The notes beneath the pieces were generated by a model. That model saw only the letters and a program-made list of their open reading frames with translations. It ran no database searches and had not been told where the DNA came from. This document shows positions 50,306 to 64,000 of a stretch of 64,000 nucleotides of DNA, in pieces; the stretch's first letter is position 1, and every line of letters starts with the position of its first letter. The DNA comes from Cycas panzhihuaensis (Eukaryota > Plantae > Cycadophyta): assembly GCA_023213395.1 (NCBI GenBank), contig CM041465.1, forward strand, positions 14,694,001 to 14,758,000, in the 5' to 3' direction. A program made the translations under genes and the position numbers.

Positions 50306-53300
50306 TGTGAAGAAATATAAAATATAAATGATGCATTTCTAAACAACTAAGATCTTGATCATACATATGGAAGCACACATGAAAGAGCACAAGTACACAG
50401 TACATAGGTTTAACATGGGAAAACTCTTTCAAAAAGAAATCCACAAAAGAAAAATGGTCAACTACATTTTTTTCAATCTTCATCGATACATCCTTCTTGA
50501 TATAGTTGACCCATATTACAAATGCCACCTAGAGGTTTATGTAACACCTCAAATAATGCATTAACCAATGGTTGCAACTCTTAGTAGTCGTGCCCTTTGG
50601 CTTAACATTAATTAATTACTCCTTATCATTTACTATGAATGGTTAACTTAAATTGCCACTCCAACATCCCCCCTTAATGCAAAAGTAGGGATTCAGTCTA
50701 CAATTTAAAATATCCAATGAAGGTTGAAATTGTCCTTGTTACTTTGTTTGCATCTAACACATCCCCCTTCAAAGACAATTTCGCTAAATTTCCAAACTGA
50801 CATGAATCTAACATTGATGTATCCAACTTAGATTGTGAATGAATGCTATCTAATCTAGAGTCAATAACTATTCCACCAACTTGTAGCTATAAATTTCACC
50901 TATTCAAGTCTCCTTTAGATCATTCCTATCAACAGTTAATATGCCCAATTCTAGAAGGCACCCTAAATCCACTTCTTTTACAACTTCTCTCCATATCACA
51001 CCTCTGCAAAAAGCTCTACACTTGCAGATGGGCTTAATGTTTTCTCTTAAAATTATGCAAAGGCTGCCCAACAATGGTTTCTTTTGCACACCACACAATC
51101 GAGATCTTAAATAGCTTCACGATGGCTTGAGACATGAGTTTTGACTACATTTTAAACGTTTGCACCCCTTCAAACACTCTAGGACAGTACTCCAATGCTT
51201 GAAATGCAACTTTTATGCTTCATATATGGCCTCCACATTTCATATGTGTGTTCTTTGTGCTCCATACATAACTTCACACTCTCCAAATGCATAACACTGC
51301 CCCTCGTATGCCTCATAATCTTTTAAAAGGATTTTTTACGTTAATTCACTTGCCCACACGCTTTTAGGCAAATAACAAGCATAACATTACCACTTGATCT
51401 AATACACGTGCATTCCATCACACCACCCATAGTAGCTCACAAATGCCCATAACATGCTCCACCACAATATGTGTTCACGTTCTAAACAAACTCTAAAATT
51501 AACTCTCATTGAGCAGGATCATAATATGACATCTCCATGTTAAAATAAGGCTTCAACACAACTAATCTACACACGTTCTTGCCATTAAATTTTTACGATA
51601 TCATAGTGTTTTCCATATAACTTTGTATAATGAACACCACCTCTAAACGAGCAACAAACGAGCTCTAAATTGGCTTTGCATGGCTTTCAACATACTTAAA
51701 ATCATCTCCACTTCTCAATACTTCAAATCCACGCTTCCAATCAGTGATTAAATTGCTCATCAATCAAAAATTTTTACTTCAAAATGTAAAAGCTTTCTCC
51801 AAAGAGACGAGAGCACAACTTTTAAGGTATACGTGATTTAAAAAACAGGTGAAGATGAACGATTCATAATTGTGATCATAACCCAAAGTTTATAAGTTTA
51901 CATAAGAATATAACCTTGATCATAAATCATTGCATCCCCAACAAATCATGGCACACCATGTTAGCATTCCCACTAGCATAAATAAATCAACAACTTTCAA
52001 ACAAGAGAATCGGCTCCAAAACAAGCATCTAAACGTCCATATATAGCAGAATGCATTACCACACCACAAACACAAGCTGAAAAACTCCTCAAATGGATCT
52101 AATCACGCCTATGGAAGGTGTCAATAGCATCTTTGTTGTCCAAGCACAAGATCTAATACCCAACGTGCTCAAATGACCTTTAAATGGAACCCAACACTCT
52201 CAAAATGAACCCAACACAGCCCACCACTATCAGATCACTTTCAAATGCAGCTCAGTAGACAATTAGAATGCCCAACTAGCCCTAAAAGCCCAACATGCTT
52301 CAAATAGTGACCAACATCGATTTATGACCATAAATAGAGATAGAATGTTATTGACAAGTGAATCTCACCTCTTCAATCACCATTGCACAACCGTGACACT
52401 CTTTTAGTTGTTGGAAAAGATTAAAATTGCCACAAACAGAGCTCTCACTAGTATCATCACAACCTTCAATTTTATCACCACCTAACCGTAGCCTCAATTA
52501 TGTACATTTGTTCAACTTGGATACCATGTGAATAAACATAATATATAAATCATATATTTTTGAACAACTAAAATCTTGATCATACATATATAAGCACACA
52601 TGAAAGAACACAGGTATACAACACATAGGTTTAACGTGGAAAAATCATTTTAAAGAAAACTCTACACAAGAAAAATGGTCTACTACATTTCTTTCAATCT
52701 TGATTGATACATCTTTCATGATACGGTTGACCCATATTGTTGGAATAATGTACATTCCCATTACATGTCCATTTAAGTTCATTTCATTTCATTAGAATAA
52801 TTGCTCACATAGAATATTCTTGATGAGAATATTCTAGTGAGAGAAGATTCTTAGTCAAAGTTTCTAGAAGTCAAAGATGCTCAAACTATTAATGAGATAG
52901 TTTGAGGACACCAAAAATCATGGGAGTTGTTGAACCACCTTCTATGTTTAGACTTAGTGTAAAGTTATAAATATGTATTTGTACCTTGCATATTTTCTTA
53001 ATGAGATTTGAAGAGTTGTGAGTCATTTGTTGTATTGTCATCTCTTGTGCACTTTTCACATGTGCTTTATGACATGTCTCCTCCTCATATCCACTCATTC
53101 TTACATAGTATCTGAGCAAATAGGCTTTGACACTTGTGAGATATCTAAGTGCTAGATTCTGTCCATGTGTGTCTCTGATTTCTGCCATGTGTGCTAGGTT
53201 CTGTTTTAAGAAGAGTATGCCCTCCTCTTGCATCTGTAAATGAGTGAATATTATGTAATTGCTCACTGTCATCTATGACTGACTCTGGATAGATGTCTGA

Positions 53301-56300
53301 AATTGCATTTTATTGTGCATGCATAAGAATATAAGGAGAAAGGGTATAACAAGTGGAGACACCATCTGCAGTCACGAAGACACGTGTTAAAAGGAGCTAC
53401 CCTCCTTTATGAGGTACATAGACGGGTTGTTCGCTCCAATTAACAAGGATGTGCTCCCTATGCTATGTCTGCCATTCGCTTGAGGGTTGTCACTTAGCTG
53501 TTGTTCCGACGTTAGACGCCTCTATACTTGACCACTGCTGTCATTATTCCTTTGAAACCCTCTGTTGTGCTGTCGCCACTTGTAGGCATCCAGAGTGTCG
53601 TCCACCATCTCCTGTTTATTGCTTGAGAAAACACCTGTCGGGAGCTGCCATTATGCTGCCAGCCATCAACTCGAGCCGCTAGTTGCCGCCACTGTTGCCT
53701 GCTACTCGAGATGTCGTCATCTGCCTGTCCACGGAGGTACTCCGTCGCCGCCACCATCAAAGCCCTGACAGTCACCAAACGGAAAGTCGTTGCCCCTTCG
53801 TCAGCTCGAATTGCCACGGATAGCCACCGACTAACCACCACCAGTCGCCCGCCAGAAAGCTGAAGCCGCCACAGATTCGCCGAACGAGAGGACGACGAAA
53901 TCGACGGCCAACAAAAAAAATCAATTTACATAATTTTTTAATGTTTATAACTTTATGTTATAAACATGAGTATATTCTTTTGAATATGCTTTTTAATATT
54001 AACCCTTTTTTATATTTTATCATTTTAATATTTTATTGAGGTGATATTCTATTCTCTTTTAGTATAATATTTCAAAAGAAATCTCTTTGAATGATATTAT
54101 TTTATCATTGGGGTTATATATTAAGAGAATTTAATCTCTTTATTAATTCTCTTTAAACATTTTGGTGGCATAAAAGAGCCTTTTTGGCAACATTTAAAGG
54201 GTACTTTAAGAGGGTCTTTTATCATAAGCTTTGTCCTCTTTTATAAGTACACTTTGAGTTCTATTTTAAAAGAGATGTTATTGGTGAAATAAAGATGCTT
54301 TAAGAGGATTAATAATCTGGCACATCCTCTTCCTTTTAAAGGCATCTTTTGGTGACATAAAATAGCACCTTTGGTGAAACATAAAATGATATAATACCTT
54401 ATGAAGACTATAAGCTTTCAAGCTTTATTTTGTCCTCTTTTAAGGATATTTTTGGGCTTCAATTAAGGAGTACTTCAAGGTCTTTTCTCTTGTACTTAAT
54501 CCTCCTTAGAATATATACTTTGACTCTATTTTAAGAAGATTCTTCAATGTACTTTAAAAATAGTTTTAAAGGGGAGCTTTAATGTACTTTGTCCTCTTTT
54601 TAAAAGCACTTTAAGAGGATCTTTTAATGTACTTCATCCTCGTTTAATGATGTATTTAAAAGGTGTTTTAAACCTTTATTTGTACTCTCATTAAGTGTAA
54701 TTCACCTTGCGGTCACTGAGTGATGTAGCACTCATATTTGCGGTGATTTAAAACACTATTTCTCCTTAATTTCTTAATTATAAACTTCATAAAATGTCTG
54801 TAAATTACTAGCTAAAATTTGCTAGATTCACTAAGGCAAAATGTAAGTTCTATGTAATGTAACAGTTTCCAATCTTACAAAGACCTATGAGAGTTGTTGA
54901 AGGAGAAGACAGGAAGCCTAATCATATCCAATTAAAGGCAACATGGTGCGGCACAATATATCACAACATGGTGTCATACGACATGACTTGGCAGAATTGG
55001 AAATTGGAACACTAGCACTCATCAATTTGCTAGTGGTTGATGAGAAGATTGCTCATCTTTATTTGCTTGCATATAATGCAAAATGACTCTTAATGATTTA
55101 TTAGAGTCTTGATACTTGCTTACTCTTGAAAAATGTCTAGTCTCTATGTGCAGAAATTAAAGGAGACGACTGACTTATGTTGTTGAATTATAGAGTATAT
55201 AACTCTTATCAACCTGCATGAGACTTATCATGCCTTTGTAGACTACCTTAACCTCTTTCATTTCTGAGTTTGATAGCTTACTATTGCAGCTTATTTTGTT
55301 ATGGTGATGATAATAGCAGTGTTGTGGTGTTAATGAAAACACCTAACAGTTCTATTAAGCAATAGTGTCTTGGAAAATGACAATAGTGCATAAAATCAAG
55401 CACAATATTGTGTGCCAAGATTATGACATTTGTAAAAGTAGGACAATGAGTGTGATGTTCATGCATTGATAATCACAACTAGCATGTACTGCATGAGGAT
55501 GATGAAATCCTCTTTGGAAGCTTTGTAAAGGTAACTGCAAAGGCTGAATCAATGACAGGATGTGGATGACACCTAGTTCTGGTTGATCCAAATCAACGAT
55601 AGGATGTGCATTGACCACTTGGTTCTGGTTGATCTCTTGTAGCAGTTAAAGGCCAAATCAACGACAGGATGTGCATAGCACCTAATTCTGGTTGATCTTT
55701 TGATGTGGATAGCTTATTCCACCAAGACAGTATGCAAAGCAGCAGTCACAGCATTCAGAAAGCCATTTTTGGGCTTAATTGACTTCTTTTGACTTGTTCA
55801 GTTGTTCTACTACAACAAAATGCCTTCCAACTATCGAAGAATTGGGATTCCATGACAGAGTCAAGCTTGTGAAAGATCACCATCATTCTATTCGACAGCA
55901 TATGGAGCATGATATAATTGAATTAATGTATTATCCCTCAAGTTGTATTCTCACTTAGACTTCCAGTTGTGAGAAATTTTGAGAGACTTAGGACACTAAT
56001 GTTTATGTAAGGAAATGAACTTAACATTATAGGAGGGTGTTGGAATAATGTACATTCCCATTATATGTCCATTTAAGTTCATTTCATTTCATTAGAATAA
56101 TTGCTCACATAGAATATTCTTGATAAGAATATTCTAGTGAGAGAAGATTCTTAGTCAAAGTTTCTAGAAGTCAAAGATGCTCAAACTTTTAATGAGGTAG
56201 TTTGAGCACACCAAAAATCATGGGAGTTGTTGAACCACCTCCTATGTTTAAACTTAGTGTAAAGTTATAAATATGTATTTGTACCTTGCATATTTTCTTA

Positions 56301-56560
56301 ATGAGATTTGGAGAGTTGTGAGTCATTTGTCGTATTGTCATCTCTTATGCACTTTTCACATGTGCTTTATGACATGTCTCCTCCTCATATCCACTCATTC
56401 CTACACATATTACAAATGCCACTTAGGGATTTATATAGCACCCCAAATAGTGCATTGACCAATGGTTGTAACTCTTAATATTCATGCCATTTAAATCAAC
56501 ATTAATTAATAACCACTTAGCATTAACTATGAGTAGTTAACCTAAACTGTCACTCAAACA
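50306..56560 (-). mobile_element. Non-autonomous Copia-type element E; 5' LTR interrupted by element F
   Basis: LTR 50306-50666 matches 52527-52737 + 56411-56560. Reverse PPT TCCCCCCTTA 50667-50676; degenerate reverse PBS ending 52526. TSD GAAGT / AAAGT. Confidence 0.87.
52738..56405 (+). mobile_element. Non-autonomous Copia-type element F (most similar LTR pair in the window)
   Basis: 368-bp LTRs 52738-53105 and 56038-56405 (~11 differences). PBS TAGTATCTGAGC; PPT AGGAGGG. TSD CATAT 52733-52737 / 56406-56410. Confidence 0.95.
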
Positions 56561-59500
56561 AAAGTAGCTTTTTCATAGCGTATTAATGCTGTGCAAATTT
56601 TAACCACATTAGAGACATAGCTCAATTACATCCTCCTCTAGAAGTTATACTTTTAACAAAAACATAATTCAACTCCATCCTCCTCTAGAAGTTTTATGTG
56701 TAACTATGTATATGATCATTGAATACAAATATAATGAAGGAACAAACAAGGACATTTGGCTACACAAGTGTAACTCCATTCCTCTTTCCAAATGCTGACA
56801 AACTCTTTTCATGCATGTTCACACCCCATGTATACAGTTGACAAGTGTATACTATAATTCATAATCCTTTGCCCCTGTGTGCTTTATTTTGACCACCCAA
56901 TGCTTTGAATTGAACAGTTTACTGCCAACTGTAGAAATTAAGAAATCACTGATAGTAAAAGCAATATAATATGATTCCTGTCCATAATACCACTACGGCC
57001 TGCCAAAATTCCAATGCATGAATTTGTAAAATGATCTTCCAAATAAACACCAGTACAAATCAGCTACATTTGTAATCAGTCCTCCCATTTGTCCTGCTTT
57101 TCAGACCCTTACCAGAACTGAAAACATACAAAATTAACCTTCCAGATAATAGCAAATCAATGAAAAAAAGTGCATTGCAAAGGCATGTGATGGTGTACAC
57201 CTTTGAATTGGGGCAGACGAATAGCTTAGAGATTAATCAGAAAACAGTTATTCTCCTTCTTTCCAACTAGGAATGTTAGCTGTTGCTTCATTAACCATTT
57301 TCACCAAAGTCACCTGCAAACATCAGCTAAATCATTGAATCCAATCATGTATAAACCAACTTCAACAAATAATGTATTAATTTCTATAATGAGAGGATAT
57401 CACAACTAATGCAAACCATAAACCACAAGATATTACAGCCCAGGATAGCATGGCACATTCTCCAAGAAGAAAGCTAAGGAAAACACTGGAAATAACAGAC
57501 AATAATCAAGCCCCAGCTATAGCAGAACTCCAGAAATTCACAAAAATTTTACGGGCTCATAAAAATGGTTTTGGAAGCCCTCAGGAAGAAGAAAAAGAGT
57601 GAAAAGGTCGGCAATTCAGCCCAAGGAAAATTTATAGGCACATTAAGGGCCAACCTTGTCCAGGAATCTATCAAGCTATAAATCGGCTGGAAGGGAGCTC
57701 ATTTGCATCATGCCTGGAGGAGTCTGATCTTGAAGACTTTTGGCCCATTTTCTACAATAGAACCTTTTTCGGCCATCATCAATTCTGAACAAATGGAATA
57801 CTAGTCTTTTGCTGTAAGGCCTACTGCTGCTTTCTGACCCCATGAACTGATATTTTCAATGTTACTGGGGTTTTCCAGCATTTCTGGCCTCTTTTACTGT
57901 TATACAGACCTGACCATACCACTTTTTGTTGCCTGTGCAGCTACATGGTCCAATAAAATTCCTCCATTATGGCCCACTATAGCACTCACGCTGCTGCCCA
58001 CTTCTGATTCATACAATTTTCTTGACCATACAGCCATATGGCTATGCCTTTTTCAGTTCAGCCTGCTGATTGTACAGATGTACAGAAACCCTTCGGAGAG
58101 TTCAGCCTGTCATTCTCTGCCTGTAAATGGCTCAGCATGTTGGTTTTTGACCTGCAGAAGACCGGAGACCTTATCTACCTTGAGAGGGAAAATTTTTTAC
58201 CGGTTTCATCCACTATAGGTGATCTCCTGAATTCAAACTCTATTTTCTGTTATATCACTTGTGTTATTTCATTTCTGCCATGTCAGGGCATTCTTTTAAG
58301 GTAAACAACAGGATTGTCCTATTTTATTTATTTGATACAACAGTTAGATAAGGAGGGCTTTTTAATGCTTGCATGCATAGGGAAGTTGTTTTCATCCATG
58401 TACACAGTCAATGTAATGACTAAAGGCTGAATGCATGCATGCTTGAAAAAACCTGTTTCTTGTCCATTGTTTATGAATGGGATGAGCACCTTAATCACAA
58501 AGTGGCTTGGACAGACTTAGATACAATCCCAGCACTAAGCCTGGGAAAACCCATGGTGTTAATGCATAGTAAGACCAAACAATCCTTTGTGTGTGAGGCA
58601 CTGTTCATAATAACAAAAATCCCTCAGAAGTGAGGGGTGCTACCCTCGCAGTGGCAGCTGGAAGAGTGGCTTGCATCAGAAAAAATTTTGGGTGACTTGA
58701 CGTTCTTATGCATGGTACTGTCGGTACTACATAATTGGCAATGATGATGAAATCAGGATGAAGTCAGTCCAGAGATACCAGCATATCTGGTTAAAAGACA
58801 CTACAGGGCCATCATATGCATAAGCCTGGTTGTAGGTGCTGCCCTGATGATATACTTCCTAAAGTACAGGAGCCTGCTAATCGTAGAGTAGGAGTTACTT
58901 TTCACTGATATTAAGTTGTGATGCAGATTCTACAAAACTGATATCAAGTTGTAATACAGATTCTACAAATGAGCTAGTTGGCAAGACTGTTAACAGTGGT
59001 CTCAGAACTAAGTCTCAATCTTGCAAAATGCTACACTCTGACCGGACACAAAAAATAAACATTATTTTAAAGCAACAGACTGAAGAAATGTAAACCCAAC
59101 AAAAGAAGGTAGAAAAAAGAGGGAAAAGCTGCAAGCCTGTCATTGAAGACACACAAGCAAATCAAACAGGGCCTCAGACAACCAAAGAAACTGTGGGGTG
59201 GGGGAGGGGGTGGTCAGGGGGCAATGGGAAAGGTTGCAAGATGCCAAGAAGCCAGGCAACTATGGTGCATTAAATTCCCAAAATTAAATGCAAAAGGAAC
59301 CAAAAGTGACTTTAGAACTTTGTTGAGCAAGGCACAAAGGTGCTTTAAAGTCTTTGAAATCAGTGACAAATTGGATTGGCCATTGCACAACTTTTGTTTA
59401 AAGAAGCAGCCAGTATATGGTGGCAAGGCATGGAAAAAAAAGTGAAACAGAAGCTTTAGAAGGTGATCACCTCATGGAAACAAATTGTAACATTGATGAC

Positions 59501-60120
59501 AAAAGGTATTCTCCCTTTTGACAATGAAAATGAAGCCTTTAGGCAACCGGATTATCTTAAGAAAAATGGATATCTTCATAACTACAACCAAAAGATAAAG
59601 GCTCTATATTCCCATGCCCCATAAATGCTTATATAATTGCAAGGTCATCATTTTATCAAGGGTCATAGCCATATTGTTAAGCAAACAAAAGCCGTAGCCT
59701 GAGATAATTGAGAAAACCAATAACCAGGCCTTAAGTGTAGAAAGCATAGCAGATAGCTCTAGCAAGAAAAGAGAAGAGCCTATAACCAAATTCCATAAGC
59801 CAAATTATAGAAAGTCCTTCCACCATCCACCTCGCCCCAAATTCCAATGATGGCCAAAACTTCCATTAGAAACAAGACCTAATAGGGACAGAAGGCCAAG
59901 GGGGGAATTTTCAAGTCTGCCTCCAAGAGAAAAGATGATAGAATTCACACATGGATTGAAGAATGATTGATTGATTATTATGAGAGAGATGATCTCTTTA
60001 AATATACATCAAAGATTTATAACCACTATGTGTCCTAATAACATGTGTCAGACATTGTTGTGGTTATATTTGACACCTGTGCATTTGTTAGAGATAATGT
60101 ATAACGAAAATCAGACAAAA

Positions 60121-60471
60121 CAGTGGATATTTTGTAGCACAACCATTCGGCATGCATTGGAGACAGAGAACGGATAAAACAGAGTACAGAACACAGTCTA
60201 TCCTGCTGCAGGAGCGGATGCTAAACGCAGGAACGGATAACGAACGTAAGGACGCACCAAGCAGAAAAATGAACAGTTGTGGCACAACAGAGGAACGAAG
60301 GATGGAACGTACATAATACGTGGACAGTTGTACGTGTTAAGAAACAAATTAGAGGTTAACAAAGTATGGTTAAGGATTGAAGAGGCGTCCGTTCGAAAAA
60401 ACGGATGGTTGCAACTGTTAGCCGCAACCGTTCTGTAACAGGGATGCACCATGTATTTAAACACATCCACT
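60121..60471. mobile_element. Possible hAT-like MITE
   Basis: CAGTGGATATTT start versus AAACACATCCACT end; AACGG/CCGTT subterminal motifs; TSD not verifiable. Confidence 0.35.
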
Positions 60472-61412
60472 TGTTGGAATGGGTGTGAGAGCCGAGTAAG
60501 TGATTTTATTGGTACCTAATCTGGTACAGTTGATCAATCAGACCTGTATGGATTATATGTGATGTAATAATTGACTATTGCCTAATGGAATAATAGAGTT
60601 ACGTGGAAAAGCATGTGTACTCACTAAGGAATGCATGGTGAATGTATGTGTATAAGCTTTTCTATGGACTTATGTGACCTAACAAATGAAGATTATGTAT
60701 GTTGACCACATGCACACACCCTGGACTACAGTGGAAACACTTGACGAGTGAAGGTCTTGTAGTGGAGAGCAAATTTTAAGTCAACATTGATTCTGCTACC
60801 TAAGTCCACTAACAAAGTGAAGAAAATCCGAAAAAATCCATGTGCAAAGGACAAGTCACCCCGGTAGTCACAGTAATGGTAGGCTCTAACTAAGCCTAGA
60901 CAACCAGGGGGACCTTCCAATGGCACCTAAACGGCTTTTGAAGGCGGAGGAGTCACAAACAAAACCTCAGGGGATCACAGAATGAAGTAGGCAAAGAGCT
61001 TTAAGATGGTCCCGAGAGCAAAAGCTAAGAAGAGTAAGGAGATTAAGTATGGACAAAAAAGAGGACCAAAGTGAATCAATGGAGGGATCTGAGGCAAGTG
61101 GAGCCCAAACCCCATGAGAAATAGAAAACAGAGGCCAAGGGGAGCCTATGACAATCACACTTGCTCTAGAGAAATATCACAACAAATAGAAAGATATCAA
61201 GGAGGAGGAGAAAGAAACAAACAACCCTGAGATGGAGCTAAGTTTGGACTCTACTCCGAAGGACCGAAGTGGCAACGAGGAAAGGGTGGAGGAAGGTCCC
61301 TAGGCAGGTTGGGAGAATCAGTTGATTAGACAGCTTTTAGAAGATCCACCAGAGGGAAGTGAGGATCAGTCATACCTAATAACAACTCCAGTTGCAGCGG
61401 AGATATCAGGAG
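60472..61412 (+). mobile_element. Probable 5' fragment of an LTR retrotransposon, interrupted by Copia G
   Basis: TGTTGGA start, followed by a purine-rich MAPKR.. E-rich decayed ORF from ~60920; no clear PBS. Confidence 0.4.
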
Positions 61413-62269
61413 TGTTAAACCTTATGTTTACATGTTAAAGTTAATGTACTTTTATTTTCATGTAATATATGCACTTTTTACTTTAGGAGTGACTTATCAC
61501 TTAAGTGATAAAGTGCACACCCACATTCTTTCTAGTGACACAACGTTGTCACTAAAGGGTCAAATGGACCCTCATGCACTTTTGCTCACATAAGAGCCCA
61601 AAAGGACACATGTCCAACATGCAAGGCATGTATCTTGGATGTTTGCCACTTGTCAAACATCCAAGGCCTTAGGTCTCTCATTCCACTCTATATAATGAGA
61701 CCTCTCCTCATTGTCTCACATAAGAGTTGGAGATGTATTGTTATGCTATCAGTTTGCTAATCAAATTGTTCATTCTTGGGAGGTTGGACCAATTCCAACT
61801 CCACATATTGGGTATCATTTTCTCTTGCTCCTTCATTCATGTTTTGTCTCTTTGCTTTCTCTTTGCCTTGAGTTTATTATACTTGTTTATATTTCTGCAA
61901 CTAGAACTAGAGTGATGCTAGTTTCTAGATCTAGGGACTGTTGAGGCCATCTAGCCTCTTTTCACATTTGGTATCAGAGCAAGAGGAGACTAGTTCCCTC
62001 TGTTCTGTTTTTTTTGCCGCTGCTCAAGGAGTTCTTTGAAGAAAGCAACAAACCCTTGGTGATGACCTTCGCACTCCGAAGGCGATCCAAGGTTTGTCTG
62101 AAGGTTTTTTTTACAGGATCAAGCATTTTGGAGCTTTTTTTTTAAAGGTTGGAGCTGGGTTATATTCAGTTTTTTTTGGAAAATATTATTCCATTAACTC
62201 TCTTTTCAACCCAGTTTTGTCAAAATAAAATAAAAGAAGAGTCTGTGGATCCGGTTCTTTGTTCTAACT

Positions 62270-62630
62270 CACTGTACTCGACTGTCCAGCCTGTCAGTCT
62301 CATGGGCCCCCGGTCCTCGATTATCAGCTGTCCAAAGAATGCAGGGCCCCACCACTCGATCCGGTCGGTAGCTTCTGCTCGTCAAGCGTCCTCACTGTCC
62401 AGTTGTCCACTGTCCAGCAATCCTCACTGTCCAGCTGTTCATTGTCAATGATCCTCACTGTCCGGTACATTTCACTGTCGGTATCCACTATCAATGATCC
62501 TCACTATCCAATTTGTTCACCGCCCAATTGTCCCATCATCCAGCTGATCCTCAACATCCCACTGTTCACTGTCAAGCATCCCTTGCCAATGATCCTCATC
62601 CGGTGCCCACTTTGTCTATGTCCCCTCACT
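62270..62630 (+). repeat. Degenerate ATCCTCACTGTCC microrepeat array in the Copia G leader
   Basis: Repeated TCCTCACTGTCCAG / CACTGTC motifs. Confidence 0.7.
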
Positions 62631-63739
62631 GCCCAGCCCGCCCAAATGGGCCTGATAGCCTCAAATTAGCCTAGTCAGGCCCCACACTCAGTCCTTAGTG
62701 TTCAAATTGCAAAAAATTTTCAAATTTCAGCCTATGTTTTGGCTCTTAAAAGTTTTAACACTTAGTTATTGTTTGAACAAGTGTTAATTAAGTGATTTTA
62801 AATGTTTTTTTTAATTAAAAAGTGATACTCATCACTAAATTTTAAAACACTTTTAAGGCACCTTGCATGGTGACCTATTGCCCTTAGTCTCAAAGAGGGC
62901 TCAAATACTTAATAAAAATCACTTTTTTTTTTTCGTTGGGACTAATTTAAAGTCCCAACACTTGGTGCTTGATGTCATTTTTCATGCAAGTGGCTCTCTT
63001 ACCCTCATTTGTTCAACATTAAAAGGAACCCACTTGTATCTTCATCACAAGTTTTGCATTACTTCTTTCAGTACTTAAGCTTTTTTTCAAAAAGTACCTT
63101 GCAAAACTTATTGTAATCAAGCATTTGGTTTCTTACTTGGATCAACATAGCACTACATTTTCATTAAAGTGCTCATTGTAAAAACACTACAAGTGTTCAT
63201 ATACATGTACTTACATTGCTTCCTCTTGAAGCCACTTTTTGTAAAGCTTAATCAAAGCATTTTCATAAGTACATTTTTCAAGCAAAAGAAACATAAGTTC
63301 ACTTTAAAATCTGCTAAAAAGTGACTTAAAATCATGGAGAGGCTCGAAAAGGTTCAAACCTTGCCTCTAAATTAACCTTAAGCTTGGTGCATTCCCTAGG
63401 GGACCAACCGACTGCAGTCGAAGGTAACGACAATTAAGGTTGCTTGAGGAAAGGAGGTTCGAAAAGGGTGTTATTGGGGTGAATCCTGTGAAAAGCATGG
63501 TACGTCCATGCAGATCAACCCTACCGCCTTGTCCTAGATTTAACTTGGCCAACATTTGGATCTCCTCAGAAGATCAAGTTGGACCAACTCCATAGCCTAG
63601 TCCTCCACCCTCATCATTCCATTCATTGTTGGATCTTCTAGTAAGATCGGGACTTGGTTTTGTTAGAAGGTGGAACTTAAGCGACTAAAGCTTTGAGTTT
63701 CCAAGTTATCGCTAGCTTCAAGTGTTTATAAACTGAAAC

Positions 63740-64000
63740 ATGGTCGCCATAAACATGTTAAATGCATGCACTATTCGGTTAACAGGACAAGATAATTATC
63801 AAGAATGGAAGAGACTCACTCAGAACTTGCTAATCATGAACGAATTTTGGAGTTATGTTTCTGAGAGATTACCTCGACCAAAGACTGCTACCAATGGAAA
63901 TATTCTTGTAACCCGATGATGCTTTGCTTTGTCGCTTGGGAAGCCAAAGATGAAATTGTTTGACATTCCTTCACATGATTGTTGATGTACATGTAGATCA
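63740..64000 (+). pseudogene. gag: Copia G gag N-terminus (frameshifted)
   Basis: MVAINMLNACTIRLTGQDNYQEWKRLTQNLLIMNEFWSYVSERLPRP. Confidence 0.85.

Larger units (their letters stand above)
61413..64000 (+). mobile_element. Ty1/Copia element G, 5' part (runs off the window)
   Basis: LTR 61413-61966 (TG..CA); PBS 61969-61980; ~1.75-kb leader; gag start. Confidence 0.88.

Noticed and set aside
57850-59960. Host exons or LINE fragment
   Set aside because: No recognisable motif in any frame; left unannotated.

Overview
Eukaryotic, almost certainly land-plant, genomic DNA (species not determinable from the sequence). It is a multi-layer nest of decayed LTR retrotransposons, with no intact host protein-coding gene that I can support. 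Boundaries were traced by eye from TG..CA LTR termini, tRNA-iMet primer-binding sites (PBS, TGGTATCAGAGC), polypurine tracts (PPT) and 5-bp target-site duplications (TSD). Contents: several Ty1/Copia elements (1-7535; 7536-14320; ~14321-17090; 19180-23314; 50306-56560; 52738-56405; 61413-end), an Athila-like Ty3/Gypsy (24409-46992) and a tandemly duplicated chromovirus-like remnant. Four things stand out. (1) A complete 2.85-kb non-autonomous LTR element (9237-12087) has no gag/pol. It carries one ~587-codon, frameshift-free reading frame that begins with an intronless tandem BRCT pair resembling the plant DNA-repair protein At4g02110 (BCP1/DDRM2). (2) A pol-less element with ~3.2-kb LTRs carries an intron-containing plant mobile domain (PMD) gene. 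(3) A composite insertion of a 301-bp TRIM and an unrelated LTR element is flanked by a single TSD. (4) Two diverged Copia copies share a conserved, apparently structured 5'-leader. Identity values are manual counts or estimates.
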